64,000 bases of DNA, taken from Haliotis cracherodii. Lineage: Eukaryota. Both the position numbers and the translations under genes were made by a program. Positions 1-12,852 of this stretch are shown piece by piece; within the stretch, counting starts at the first letter, position 1, and each line of letters begins with the position of its first letter. The notes beneath the pieces were generated by a model, which had not been told where the DNA came from, searched no databases, and was given only the letters and a program-made list of their open reading frames with translations. The DNA is taken from the NCBI RefSeq assembly GCF_022045235.1, contig NW_027266268.1, positions 18,600,001 through 18,664,000 of the forward strand. Reading direction: 5' to 3'.

Positions 1-94
1 TGCAGCATAAAACAACACACAAACAAACAAAAAGCATCATCTTCAAGTATGTTATGTGGTAACTACAGGAACCTGCATCACTTGGTGCTTTCCT

Positions 95-320
95 CCCATG
101 CTTGCCGTAAAAGGCGACTATGCTTGTCGTAAGAGGGGACTAATGGTATCGGGTGGTCAGGCTCACTGACTTGGTTGATGCATGTCATCGATCCGAATTG
201 CGTGGCTTGATGGATTTGTTGTCGATCACTGGACTGTCCGGTCCAGATTCGATTATTTACAGAGTGTCGTCATATAGCTGGAATATTGCTGAGTGCGGCG
301 TTAAACAACAAACAAACAAA
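95..320. repeat. Dispersed repeat family D (SINE/MITE-like), recurring in the opposite orientation at about 11565, 36050, 37095, 44700, 51285, 56700 and 62100
   Basis: The shared core (caaccaagtcagcgagcctgaccacccgatcccgttagtcgcc...acgacaagcat) is seen repeatedly in the window; boundaries are approximate. Confidence 0.65.
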
Positions 321-1276
321 ACCACTAAACTTTCCTCCCACATCAAACTGACATGCCAGGATATAATTGAAATACTGTTCAAAGCGGTGTTAAACCCAAA
401 TCAGGTTTTGATGTATAAATGTATGATTGTATTCAGTGGAAATAAAAGATCTGTACAACCCAGGTGTTAAACAATATTAAACAACACACAAACAAACAAA
501 AAGCATCATCTTCAAGTATGTTAGTGAGTAAACAAAAGGACAATTTCTCTGTTTTACTGGTGCTTGACAATCAACAATTGCATGGTTTATGTCCGAATAT
601 TCTATGGTGCAATTTTGTTGATAAACATTTTTATAATCTTATAAATTGCTTCATCTATACCTTTAAAATTAAGGACACAATGCCATTTAGAAAGTGGTCA
701 AATGTAACAAATGTTATACAGATTCTTGTACTTTTTTTGTGTTGAGTCCCGTCGGTGTTTTGAAACCACACTGTCAGATTGAGGCACCTAATTACCTGTA
801 CACAAAGTCAGCTATCTTACCCACTTAGCCACCGAGGCTTTCACAAAAAATGAAAGTCTGACAACTGGAAGTCTAGAACAAATACTTTGTGTACCCCTCT
901 GACAAGTGTAAATTGGCACGGCTCCATGGCCAAAAGCTATGAACACATGGCTGAGTGGGTTAGATCGCCCTTAAAACAGTTGATTATCATACATATGCAT
1001 GCTACCCATCTGATCCTTTCTTTTATAAAATGCTGTAGTAGCTATTCAATCGATATTGAGGATTTTACTGGTTGGCTAATGAAACAAGATGATGAAAGAC
1101 AAACCCACCCATACTAGTATGTATTCTTGGAAATTTAAAAAGAATCGCTTGTTTTGTTAAGAATGAATGCCACACACAATTCTAGCAAGGGAAGACTTTT
1201 AAAAGGCAGAGTTGGTTCACATCAGGATTGTTTACTTCTCAAAAGAAGTTCAAGAACACCCGATTTTTTATATATA

Positions 1277-1585
1277 CCGTATTCGACGTAATAAGTGCCC
1301 CGCTCTAATAAGCGCCCACGTCGAGATTTGCCCCTATTCGCATATAATACCTACCGCTTCCTTCCCCTATTCGCGTACAATACGCACTCGTGTGTTTTAT
1401 GCACCCTTTATTATTGGCAATTAAATTCTGGAAAATTATATCTGTCGTACATAAGCATTTCAGGCTGTTAGCATAAACCACGAAATTTATCTTTCAACTG
1501 TTTTTTTCACCAAAATAATATTCTAATAAGAGCCCCCTATTTCTAATTTTGAGAGCGCCCTGGGCGCTTATCACGTCGAATACTG
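1277..1585. mobile_element. Non-autonomous Tc1/mariner-superfamily (pogo/Tigger-like) MITE
   Basis: Terminal inverted repeats ccgtattcgacgtaataagtgccc / gggcgcttatcacgtcgaatactg, flanked by TA on both sides; no coding capacity. Confidence 0.75.
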
Positions 1586-3253
1586 TAAGTAATCTGACAT
1601 GTCTGTATTACATATGGCATATGTACTACATCTCACGATTCTTGTTCTTGTTCTGTTTTTCTTTGAGTGTATGTTTTGTGTGATAGGTTATGTTAACAGA
1701 CAGGTTGCATCACTGACTTTGAGCTAACATCCTTAAAGATATAATGACTCTGAATTTCTAATAGCAATCACATTAAACATCTTTTACTCCGGTACCATAC
1801 CCCTCTGCTACAAGATCTGAACAGAGTCGTGAATACTAAGTCACTCACTCACTCACTCACTCACTCGATCATTTGGAAAGTAAAAGTAACAGATGCCAGG
1901 GCTAAACCACATTACCAAGGTCAGAGGCATGCAGGACTTGCAACAATGCGGAACTGCCAATACTGTAGACATGGATTTGATGGCACCCATTTTCATGCCA
2001 ATGGAGAAAAATACTATGCATCAAAGTCTATTGTAGATGTCGGAGGTATTTTAAGTGGGACCAATTCCTAAAAATTGATATTTTTTATGTGGTCTTTTAG
2101 AAGCTGTGTCAGCAATGAGGACAAAGTCCATATATACATTTTTACCTATTTCATTCTTTCGCACTGATATTCTACAGAAATTCAACCTTTCTCATGGATA
2201 TTGTATAGAAAATCCAGCTGTCGCATGCATATTCTAAAGAGCTCTATTTTGCTTTTGGAACACAATGTACGCGTGTGGGATGATGTAAAATCAAACGACA
2301 AATGCCTTCTTAATATTTCAGTGTGTCGAACATGCAACCTTCGCATCTGAAGCCGAGTGAGTGAACCAGGCTCTCTTTTCATGTACATGTACGCCAGCAA
2401 CAGATATTTTACGTCCGTTTCCCAAGGTTCATAGAAAGTATGTTTGAAACATAAAAATGTTGATAAATATTGTTTCAGACGATTTCTTTCGGTTTAGAAG
2501 TTGGTTGACTGAAAATGTACGCCCGAGGATTCAGAAAATTAGGTCCGTCTTCGGGCCTCACCGTGGTCCCCCATCCCAGATTTACAGTCTCATTCAAGAC
2601 CAAGGAAAAGGTGTTTATTCTTTACTAAACGACCGGTGCCATAACTGACCAGGCTATGTGGTCAAAACCCCAAGTTTTCAGGTCAAACGGGGCCTCTATA
2701 CATTTAGATTGTTTTAAATCGTGTTCTTGCTGTTGAAGTACAATATGGAAGTACCGTACAAGGAAACTACCTATGATACTAACAACGCCATGTGTAACTA
2801 ACACGCCTCTTCGATGAATATTTAAGATGAAATAATGAACCGAAGAATCAGATATTCCAGAAAGCGTCAAGAGTTCAAATATACAGTACTAAATTCGAAA
2901 GAAAACACATTGTAATCAATGTTATTTTGATCGGACGGCAGGCGACTATATAAATGACTGAACTCACAAGGTCGCAGTGATGCTATCTTCAAATTGCTTC
3001 CAAAACCTCAGCGAGGGAATTAGTCACAAAACAGTATACACATATACACAGGTTTTTATCTCACTCGTCAAACAAATGTTACTTAACAGAAAATCCGTCA
3101 CAGTTCGGTTTCCCCTAGAGCAACCTACAATATCTTAATTTCACCAGATTTTCACGCTACATCAAACAAAACAACCAGCTAAGTAGAGGTCACGCGTGTT
3201 CAACCGTGAGTAATTCGTCTCGTCAAGATTCTGCATAAAGATTAAAATGTTAG

Positions 3254-3260
3254 TATAAAT
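3254..3260 (+). promoter_or_regulatory. Putative TATA box of gene 1
   Basis: TATAAAT about 60 nt upstream of the signal-peptide ATG at 3318; the same motif at similar spacing precedes the minus-strand paralogues. Confidence 0.55.
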
Positions 3261-3317
3261 ATGGATCCACCCGTGGATACTCTATCTGCAATTTGCCCTG
3301 TCACTCGTCAATCTACA

Positions 3318-6300
3318 ATGTTGCTGATTTCTCTGTTCGCGATTGTATTGGTGGCTTCTGAGACACATGGTAAGTATTTCAACTGCGTTAGGTATTATAT
3401 ATTTTCAAACTCTATTAGATGTAAATATAGTACTAAAGGTTAAGTCTTTATTAGTTTGGGCGGTTGGGTAGACTAATGGTAAAAGCGTTCGCTCGTCAGG
3501 CCGAAGGACGGGTTCGATTTCCCTCATGGATACAGTGTGTTCTGGTGTCCTCCTCCGTGATAGTGCTGGAATATTGCTAAAAGCGCCGTAAAACCCTACT
3601 TAATTACTCACATAAGAACACTGCCAGTGTTTCCGGTTTATTTTACACTACATAGAATACTTTAGATGCCTTCTTTCATGTTATTCATTTGTTGAAGGAT
3701 AAGCCTATTGAAGATTTAACAAAGCGCTAGCTTACCTCGTTTAACTATGGAACTGGATGCTCAGATTTATGCAGTTGTTCAAATTTTGAACTCGTTGAGA
3801 GAGATTGTTTTTAAAATCCGCCAACATTTCACCAGAAATATACCTATTAGTGTGTTGATTAAAAAATTATTTAAGTCCGCGGCAGCGACAGAATGCTGTA
3901 ATGTTTGAGAGATCTAATGTCATCTTATTTATCTATATATTCCTCATGGAATACTGCAATAGGGAAGTTCATCTGAAGGAACAAATCAAATTTGAGAAAC
4001 ATTTGTTTTACGCATGATTTTTTCACACTAAACTCACGAATTTTATATTGATGAAAAGGGAAATCGAAAGCTGATGTTTTTTGTGACCAAAATTTCCTGT
4101 GTATTTTATCTCGCCTGACAAGTCGTGGTGTTGTCCGTTGTTAGCTTTTTCTTTACTGACATCTACTCTTAAACTAACTACAAGGCTTAGACAACAAGTT
4201 AAAACTTGTATTAAGGATCCCGGGTATTTGGGCTCTAAATAATGCTCACACAATTCCGATCCGACTTGTAACACTAGCTTCTTCTCCAGCCATTTCTGCA
4301 TGTATCATTATCAAGTTCGATATGCAGTAATCATATTATGGTTATCGAAATAACATATACGTTTTGGGTCATTTTGTTATTTCATTAATCCAGCTACGAT
4401 CTCTGACTTTCACGTACCCAATGATCCGCACGCCGAATTTTGGCCAGCTTTGCTCTGTGTTTGAAGGAATAGAAGAAAATATAGGTTTTTATCTTTGGGA
4501 TGTGATTTACCTACAGCTGTTATTATTTTTTCCCAGGTGCTGTGATCCCCGTCCTCGGGTCACAGGTCTCTTCCTCTTCAGTCTTCACCTTCGGCTCCAC
4601 GAATTACGGTCCACAGTTAGCCGTTGACGGCGGACTTGGCACCAACTTCATTACTGACATGACTACGTTTGCAACGGCTACCACAGACACAGCCCCCTAC
4701 ATGGACATCGACCTGGGTAGCAACTTCCTTCTCCGCTCCGTCACCATCACCAACAGGGGTGACTGCTGTTGTAAGTAGAGTGAGATGGGGAAGTGGGTGA
4801 AACAGCATTTTAGTTAAAGACGGCGCTTCAGTTAAATGCAGGAGGAAAGCCCAAAGAGATGTTGCCGTAAGGCTTTGCCACTTGAATCGGACCAAATATC
4901 AGAATCAAGTTTAATCTGCGATCCAAACTCATGATAAGGGGACCCAGGCACGCCTAAGGGTTGTAATCCTAGACGAATTATGGCATATTACACGACTGCC
5001 AACCCCCTAAGCGTTGTAAGTAGAGTTTGCAGTCGTTTTCATGTCTGTCTTTATCTCTTGGAATAAACTTCATTAATGCAAAGAGAATATTCGCCAACTC
5101 TTGCAATATTCTACTACGATTGTCTGTCGAAAAGGCACTGTTTTGTGAGGAAATTGGAGCATGAAATCAGACGTGAGTTTATTCGGTATAGAGGATAACA
5201 CTTTAATAGGCCAAAGTGGGAACCCAGGTAGTTTGTATACTATCGCTGTAGGAAATTATAATATCAATACTATCAGCATTCAAAACTCATACTGCTGGGA
5301 CAATTAAGACACATCAACTTCGTTGCACAATTTTCCTTCACTGGATTGCCTCGTCCAGGCTCGATTATTTATGTGTCGCTTGACACGGCTTGAATGTTGC
5401 TGACTGCGGTGCTATACGACAATTTGTCGTGGGTGTATTTATTCAGTTATAAAAGTATAAATGTACTTTTATAATCTTACACCAATCACTGCAAATGCCC
5501 CTTCTTACCTTTACGAAGAGGCTTTCAGAAGATGTGCTTCCCCATTCCCGCTCTAAAATCAAAGAAACGCTGGTCAGTATTGAAATGTGTCTTTTCATAG
5601 ATGACTAGAAGAATGGACATTTCAAGAAAAATGGGTATTTTATCCTAGAAACCTCACAGAACTCTCCACTCCTGTAGTGTTTGAACCTTGTTTCTTCTAT
5701 TTAAATACGCGTTGGGGATTATGAATGTTGGAAAGTCTAGTAGGATAAGCTAGAACCATCACCCCGAAGTCCTTGTAGCTTGTGTGCCAGTGCTACATGT
5801 AAATAAAGGCTGAAAATCATCCAGCCTAATTTTAAGTGTAAGCAAAATCAATTTTACGAGTTAATTAAGCGCCCGAGCCCCAGACTTTTCTCAAAATGAG
5901 ATGCTTTTAAACGATATTTCCTGCCTTTTGGGACTGTTTAAGTAAGATTTAAATTTGTTAGAAATAATGGTAATATATTTATTATGTTTTTTTATTAGTA
6001 AGTTCATTCAAGAAACATCTATGATGACTAGTGAAATTTGAACATTTAAACGAATCGATAATATTACTTTTTTGTGTTTTTACATGTTCATTCGTAGTAA
6101 GTGATTTGATTTGTTTCACATTTTAACGCGCGCCTACCTATCATAATAATGACAATAATTGAAAAAAATTATTGCTCGCCTGAGTGAAATACGAGTATGT
6201 GTAGTTATATGAAATTTTCATAAAACTATACTCACTACTATTTAAATTATTTCCTAAAGGTTTCGTTACTCCATTACTGATACCCAATGAAAGATTCAGA

Positions 6301-9300
6301 TTTTCAAGTAAGAGAATACATATCATGTTTGACCGTGTAGAGTTTAAAATAACAATTTACTGCAGAGATGGTAAATGTGTGCTTTTTGTAGGTTCACAAA
6401 TGTGCATTTTTAGGTGTAAGCAACTGCTTTTCTGCTACAATGGTAGTTTCGCCCCTGTCATCACTTATCGACTGATGGCGTTGTATGTTGCATATCATTT
6501 TGTTCACAGTTCCTACTGCATAGCTTGTTTGACATAAGGTGTTGCAAATGCAGTGGTACATACACATGCCACAGATACATATCAGAATGTTAATCTCTTG
6601 AGGCGCTCGTAAAATCTCTTAAATTCCCCCCCTCCGCTGTCACGACTTTAAGTTTAAAACCTAACAGACCCAAACAAGCTATTAACCGCCCCCACATCCC
6701 CCCCCCCCCCACCTTCCCCCTGATATATGGTTCTAAGAGGGCAATGGCGAGGAGAGGAAGGGTCAGTCGTCTAACTGTTTAATGTATTGATTTCTAAGGG
6801 ATCTGTTTGTGCTGTGGGCCATTGCTCGGTAATTGTGAAGGCAATTATTGAGGATATTAGTAATTCGTTGATAACATCTTTCTCGGATTATCGACGGATT
6901 TTTGAATTATTGAACAAAATATTAATGACAGCCCGTTATGGTTCCTGCCATTTTCAATCCACACGTTTACTTTCTAAATCGCCCACTCGTAAAAAGTCCG
7001 CAAAGCAAAAGTATGTTAAAAACCATAAAAATAGTATTAAAAAGATATAAGCATTTACTCGAAATACTTTCTAGTCTTTCAAACTTAAATTCTTAATTTT
7101 CTCCATAATTCTCAAGCATGTATGTAAAATAAACATGATTAAATGTTTATGATATTTATCACCTTGAAAATAGAAGAATCCGTCCGGCGTTGCGTTCAGC
7201 ATTCTCAAGCGTTGCCTCTGTCGTCTGCTACCACCAAGGGAGGCTATTCCGAGTTAGGCGTGTAGTTAGACTAGTTCAGCGGTTGGTACGCGCAGGTAAT
7301 TATGCGCTAACACAACGCGGTATACTTAATCCCAGTCACTTGGGTCAGTTCTCGCGTTCCCGCATAACTGCAGATATGTTTTACATAAGAAACATATACA
7401 GAATTTAGATCATACATAGCGTACGTCTCATAACCAGAGTTTGGTTATTTCTTCAAAACGTTTACTTCTATTTGTCAGGAGTGACAAGTAACGTATGTAT
7501 TAGGGCCGGGATGATTCCGAATTTTCTACCCGGGTACCCACCCCCCTATTACCCGACCCTCCCGGGTATCAAGAGATGGGTAAACATGTCCGATTGAGAA
7601 TAGTTTGACCGTAGCCCTGGCAAAATGTATTTAGATTCACGTATAAAACGATCTGGTCATGCATAAACTGAAGTTGACTGAAGTTTTATCTTTATTCAAA
7701 CATATAAAGTCAGAAGGAATGCGTGCATAGTCAGGAAGAAATGCAAACATTAGTCACTTATAAGGTTACCATAGAGTTCTAGATAACATTTGCCATTAAA
7801 CAATATATCTCGTGATTAACCCCGGGTTGTCCAGTGGGTACAGTAATGTGTGTGTGAGTGTGTGAATATGTACGTACGTATACGTTTATCTCAAACAGTT
7901 GCCATGGAGAGCTTAGATCTAGAATTACAACACCTTCCTGTTAAACTCTGTATCAGACTTCAACGCTCCTGTTCCCCAGTCACAGTATGCGCCAAGGACC
8001 CTGTGTTAAACTGTTTGACCTGGGAGAGATCATTATGCCCCAAAGGCGTGTTAAATTGTTTGACCTGGGAGAGATCATTATGCCCCAAAGGCGTGTTAAA
8101 TTGTTTGACCTGGGAGAGATCATTATGCCCCAAAGGCGTGTTAAACTGTTTGACCTGGGAGAGATCATTATGCCCCAAAGGCGTGTTAAATTGTTTGACC
8201 TGAAAGATTGTATGTCATACCTGGAGGCGTGTTAAACTGTTTGACCTGGAAGAGATCATCATGCCCCAAAGACGTGTTAAACTGTTTGACCTGAACGATT
8301 GTATGTCATGCTCCGAAGGCGCGTTAAACTGTTTGAACTGAAAGATTGTATGTCATACCTGGAGGCGTGTTAAACTGTTTGACCTGGAAGAGATCATCAT
8401 GCCCCAAAGACGTGTTAAACTGTTTGACCTGAACAATTGTATGTCATGCTCTGAAGGCGTGTTAAACTGTTTGACCTGAAAGATTGTATGTCATGATGCC
8501 CCGACGGCACGGATATTTGCTCATGCAGTCGACCACTAGTTTACCGGCCCCATACTATTTATGTCTACCTCGATATTTATGTGTATAAACTGAATATTAC
8601 TTAGTCCTTATCACATATTACTTTAATAAATGAACTAAAATCACGTTCAGCTATCAGTGTCGTTCTTGATGCTGTGGTCTGCTAATGGTTACCTCGATAT
8701 TGTTAAATGCTTAGTAAGACATAATCACTCACTTTTCCGATATTCTCAGCCGAACGTCTTCGAAACATCAGAATCGAGGTGCATGACAATAACCCAACCC
8801 TCGGAGGAACGCCTCAAGTGTGCACCACAATCGGCAGCCCCGCCCCCGCCGCCGGGTCGACCACGACATTCAGCTGCTCGGGCACACCAATCGGAAGGTA
8901 CATCCGTCTTAACAAGTTCACCAAGGCCGACGCTAATGATATCCTTCAGTTAGTAGAGGTGGTCCTAGATGGCGTCCAGCTACGTAAGTATATGACTGTA
9001 TTTATCGGATGGTAAGACATCACTTGATAATTTCATTTACTTACTATTTCAAATTAAATCTGTGATATTTTCCATTCTGTTTAAGCGTGAATGCTTCTGA
9101 TGAAAGAACCATGATTTGTTCTCGTTGCAAAATTGCCGATGCAAAGTTAAATAGCAAATCACTCGAAACATTTAAAGTATTAGATAGTGTGACCTTGGAG
9201 AAGGAAACGCCATGCTATTATAAATACTCTCGATGACACGGGTGGCTTAGTCACCTATAGGCGCTGCAACATTATGTGCTACGTTTCGCCCCTTGGCTGT

Positions 9301-10909
9301 CCCAGGATCTGCTGATTTGAATAGTTGGTCCGCATTCTGAGGTTTTCCCCGAGTGTGATCCGTGGTGTATCAACACCATTCCCGTTGGGTTGTACCAAAG
9401 TACTCGCATCTACTTTATGTGCGCCATATTGCGGTTTCCTCCAACATTTAGCTGACGAGGCTTTGAAACTGAAACACTGGTTAAGGCGGCGTTAAACCCA
9501 ACTCACTCACTCCTCCACAGAATGTCCTTGCAACCACTTCCAGCTGGACGAGAACTGTTTCTACTTCTCTGGATTCCAAACAACCTATGCCCAAGCGAAG
9601 GTAAACAACAGCATCGTATCCTTGTGCAAGATTACTTACATTCTATATTTATAATATAATGTTACATATACAAAGAATAATCTTTAATATATTGCCACTC
9701 TGATGCAAGCATGTTTGTTACTGTAATTTACCCTGCTGTGTCTTAAGGGGAGCAAGTCTTAGGTTCAAATCTCAAATGCGGCGTCAAACAACAAACACTA
9801 ACCCTTGGTGTGTTCAGTACTCTACGATTATATTTTGCGTTTACAATATTCATAGACACTGACGTACAAATATTCTTGTTACAGGAATACTGTAACATCA
9901 TCGGAAGCGATCTTGCCATGATCCGAACCCAGGCTCAGAGCGACTTTGTCAACGGTGTTCTCGGTGCCAATGCTCAAAATGGTAACTTTTAACTCGCTTA
10001 TAATGTTTCTTGTCCGTTCTATATCACGAATAACAGATCAACAATTATTTCCACTTATACTAAGACCTTTTTGTTGTCAACGGGGCCATTAAGACCATAG
10101 TAGGATCAATTGACAGTCGATTAATATCAGTCCATCACACAACACTTTAGCGGCTAATTCAATCTTAGCATCTAATCTTGAAGTTATTGGTGACGCTACT
10201 TACACAAGGTGTCAACGCTTAAGTTTCACACATGATGCTGATGAGGGACGCGCACACTGAACATGGGCTGAGATCATGAAGCAGGCTCCCTCCTTTGGCT
10301 GAGCCTTGCATCATTATACTGAATTTTTTTTTCTCCTGCGTCCAATTGATGGACTAATGTAATAATCGCTTTAGCCATGATGTCTCGGGTAAGAATAGGT
10401 CCCCAGCACCCAACTGAGTGCGACAAGCGGCAGCGTAATCGGATCGGTTGGTGAGACCCGGTGACGTGGCTCCTTGACGTCATAGGACGTTGCTCATGAC
10501 ATCAACCACAGGTTTGACTGACTCGATTGTCAGACTCGACTATTTATATTATGATCAAGTTGGAAATGTTGATGACTGTAGCGTAAAACAACAAAATATA
10601 TTTAAATAATGACTTGAGTATTCATTACATCTTTTTTGTCCTTTAGGTCAAGAATATTGGATTGGGGTGACCAATCTTCTCGACCGTGTCCAGTGGCGAT
10701 ATTTGTTGGGTGACGTTGTTCCACTGAATAGCTTCACCTTCCCACTCGTGAGCGGCACGGGCACCTGCAGCAGCTCTACTCTTACGACCCACCCTGAAAA
10801 CTGCGCCGCCCTGGGGAAGAACGACGCCGGCCAATGGGTGTGGGACGGCGAACAGTGTGACAGTGAGGAGTACTTCCTCTGTCTGGGAATCCTGCCCATA
10901 CCTACATAG
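3318..10909 (+). CDS. Gene 1: secreted chimeric lectin, signal peptide + F-type lectin domain + C-type lectin-like domain, 319 aa. Exons 3318-3369, 4537-4770, 8750-8983, 9521-9600, 9885-9981, 10647-10909
   Basis: All introns are GT-AG with compatible phases (1,1,1,0,1); the spliced CDS is 960 nt and open. Signal MLLISLFAIVLVASETHG; FTLD motifs LAVDG, DIDLG, TITNRGDCCSERL, GRYIRL, LVEV; CTLD motifs CPCNHFQLDENCFYFS, AKEYC...SDLA, YWIGV, ENC, WDGEQCDSEEYFLC. Confidence 0.9.
3458..3611 (+). mobile_element. tRNA-derived SINE family A (intron 1 of gene 1)
   Basis: A-box/B-box-like head (taatggtaaaagcg...ggttcgatt), body gatagtgctggaatattgctaaaagcg, (ACTC)n-like tail; matches six other copies in the window. 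Confidence 0.75.
8003..8507. repeat. Minisatellite, 45-47 bp unit, about 11 copies (intron 2 of gene 1)
   Basis: Unit gtgttaaa(c/t)tgtttgacctgggagagatcattatgccccaaaggc; it explains the periodic ORFs at 7850-8235. Confidence 0.95.
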
Positions 10910-11705
10910 ACTCTTTAACCACCCCCAACCCCCAACCCCCCACCCCCAATCCCCACCCACAACGTTGGTGCATTTAGTTTACAGTTATCCGTAGTAAGAA
11001 ATCTGGTCTAAAATAGGTTATGAAAAACAAGCCGTGAAAACGTAGCGTGTCCTGAACCTGCTAATGGAAGTCGTAAATGATTTGACAGCAATTGTGAAAT
11101 GACATTCAGTGACGCACTTTTATTAATTATTGTTATTATGGTTATGGAAATGTTCTTTTCTCTGTCTTCCTTCATAATCTTTTGGCACACAGAAAGTCAT
11201 TTTGTGTTTGCTTTGGAAGTTTTTTTTTAACGTAACGTTTTGTTACTGTTCGGTGCATGCTCTGCAGAACATTTCAGGAAAAATGAGTATTTTATGAGTA
11301 TAACATGTAATATGTCAGGTGAAGGGAACTTGTTCACTGTGTTGCCTCTTCACGAATTCAGGCTCACATTCGTTCAGCGAAGTCGATAATCAGCTCCATA
11401 TGTATATTTATATATTATATATACAGCTGAGTGACTAGTTCACGTAATAGTGTAGCTCGGAGTGCACGTATGTTCTCTTGACCGGTGATCTGTGGCGCTT
11501 CTACCAGGTGGTCGCTTGTCAATACCTGTATAGAGGCTGTATATTTAACTGATCATTGTGATTGTTTTGGTTTGTTGTTTAACGCTGCACTCAGCAATAT
11601 TCAAGCTATATGACGGCGCCTTGTAAATAATCGAGTCTGGACAAGGCAATCCGGTGATTGATATTATGAGCAACGCTCCACACCTCGTTGACGCACTACC
11701 AACAA

Positions 11706-11869
11706 GGGGCGATAGGGTAGCCTAGTGGTTAAAGCTTCCACTCGTCACGCCGGAGACCGGGGTTCGATTCCCCACATGGGTACAGTGTGTGAAGCCCATT
11801 TCTGGTGTCTCCCGACGTGATGTTGCTGGAATATTGCTAAAAGTCGGCGTAAAATCATACCCACTCACT
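11706..11869 (+). mobile_element. tRNA-derived SINE family A with 12-bp TSD
   Basis: tagcctagtggttaaagc...ggttcgattccc head; TSD cactaccaacaa at 11694-11705 and 11870-11881. Confidence 0.85.
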
Positions 11870-12230
11870 CACTACCAACAAAGTCACAGAGCCTGACTAT
11901 TAAAACTAACTCGACTCCAAAGCTTTGGTTGCCTGAGACCACTCTGACCTGGGATCCCCACGGTGTCGATGACAGAGAGATGGAAGATTGTATCAGTTAG
12001 ATGAAAATGTTTCTAGTATGTATTTTCTGAATATAACCAGAGTTTGCAATGAATTATTTCAATGTTCAATATTTGAATGTACTTTCTCCATAAATATCCT
12101 GAGAAAATATATTGGAAATAAAAAAGAGTTATTGAAATCAATGTGTCGTTTGTTGATGTACATTGTGCTAGTATTGTGAGATGTTGTGATGAAATAACAA
12201 GTTTATTTTTGTAAATGGGGTCCAAAAATA

Positions 12231-12638
12231 CCAGGTGCGTTCAATAAGTATTGCAACTTGAATATAAGACCAAGTCGCAGAATATCTTTTTCACTTTTAT
12301 TTTTCAATATAATCTCCATTCACCTCAATACACTTGAACAGTTAAATCACCCACCCTACAGCCCAGACTTTGACACCCCTGACTATTTCCTGTTCCGGTA
12401 AATGAAATCTGCCCTACGTGGAAGACGCTTCCAGGATGGCGAGGACATAACGGCTGCCACAGAGGCATGGTTAGAGGGTCAATCTGCGGACTTCTATGAA
12501 AGTGGTCTTAAAAGTTTGAAGGACAAATGGAATAAGTGCATTGAGGTGAATGAAGATTATATTGAAAAATAAAAGTGCAAAAGATATTCTGCGACTTGGT
12601 TTTATATTGAAGTTGCAAAACTTATTGAACGCCCCTCG
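12231..12638 (+). mobile_element. Mariner-derived non-autonomous element with about 105-bp inverted termini and a transposase C-terminal remnant
   Basis: The ends are inverted copies (ccaggtgcgttcaataagtattgcaacttg... / ...aagttgcaaaacttattgaacgcccctcg). The interior reads HPPYSPDF..DYFLF..MKSALRGRRFQDGEDI...YESGLKSLKDKWNKCIEVNEDYIEK*, typical of a mariner transposase C-terminus, with a frameshift and a stop. Confidence 0.85.
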
Positions 12639-12852
12639 CACATGGACGTTATGTTTTAAGGGGGCCGTCTAAATGTATACTTCAGAGTATGGAGGATCCA
12701 ATCCCGTAGGATGCCATATTGACCGAGGTAAAATTAGCTCCTCTTGTTATACCGGGTAATACGACACAGTTCCCGGCACCTCCGTACTAGGTTATTGTAT
12801 GCGTATTTGGTTAAGATGTGAAACCGTACGATATCCTATTAGCTGTGTCTAT

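Noticed and set aside
8-523. 45-bp direct repeat at 8-54 and 478-523
   Set aside because: Probably a local duplication around a repeat insertion; truncated by the window edge and uninformative.
8003-8507. CRISPR-like repeat/spacer pattern
   Set aside because: The spacers are related and reused, the context is a eukaryotic intron, and there are no cas genes.
10248-10265. CTGATGA as a further hammerhead core (also 9452 and 41965)
   Set aside because: No convincing helix II followed by GAAA at the right spacing.
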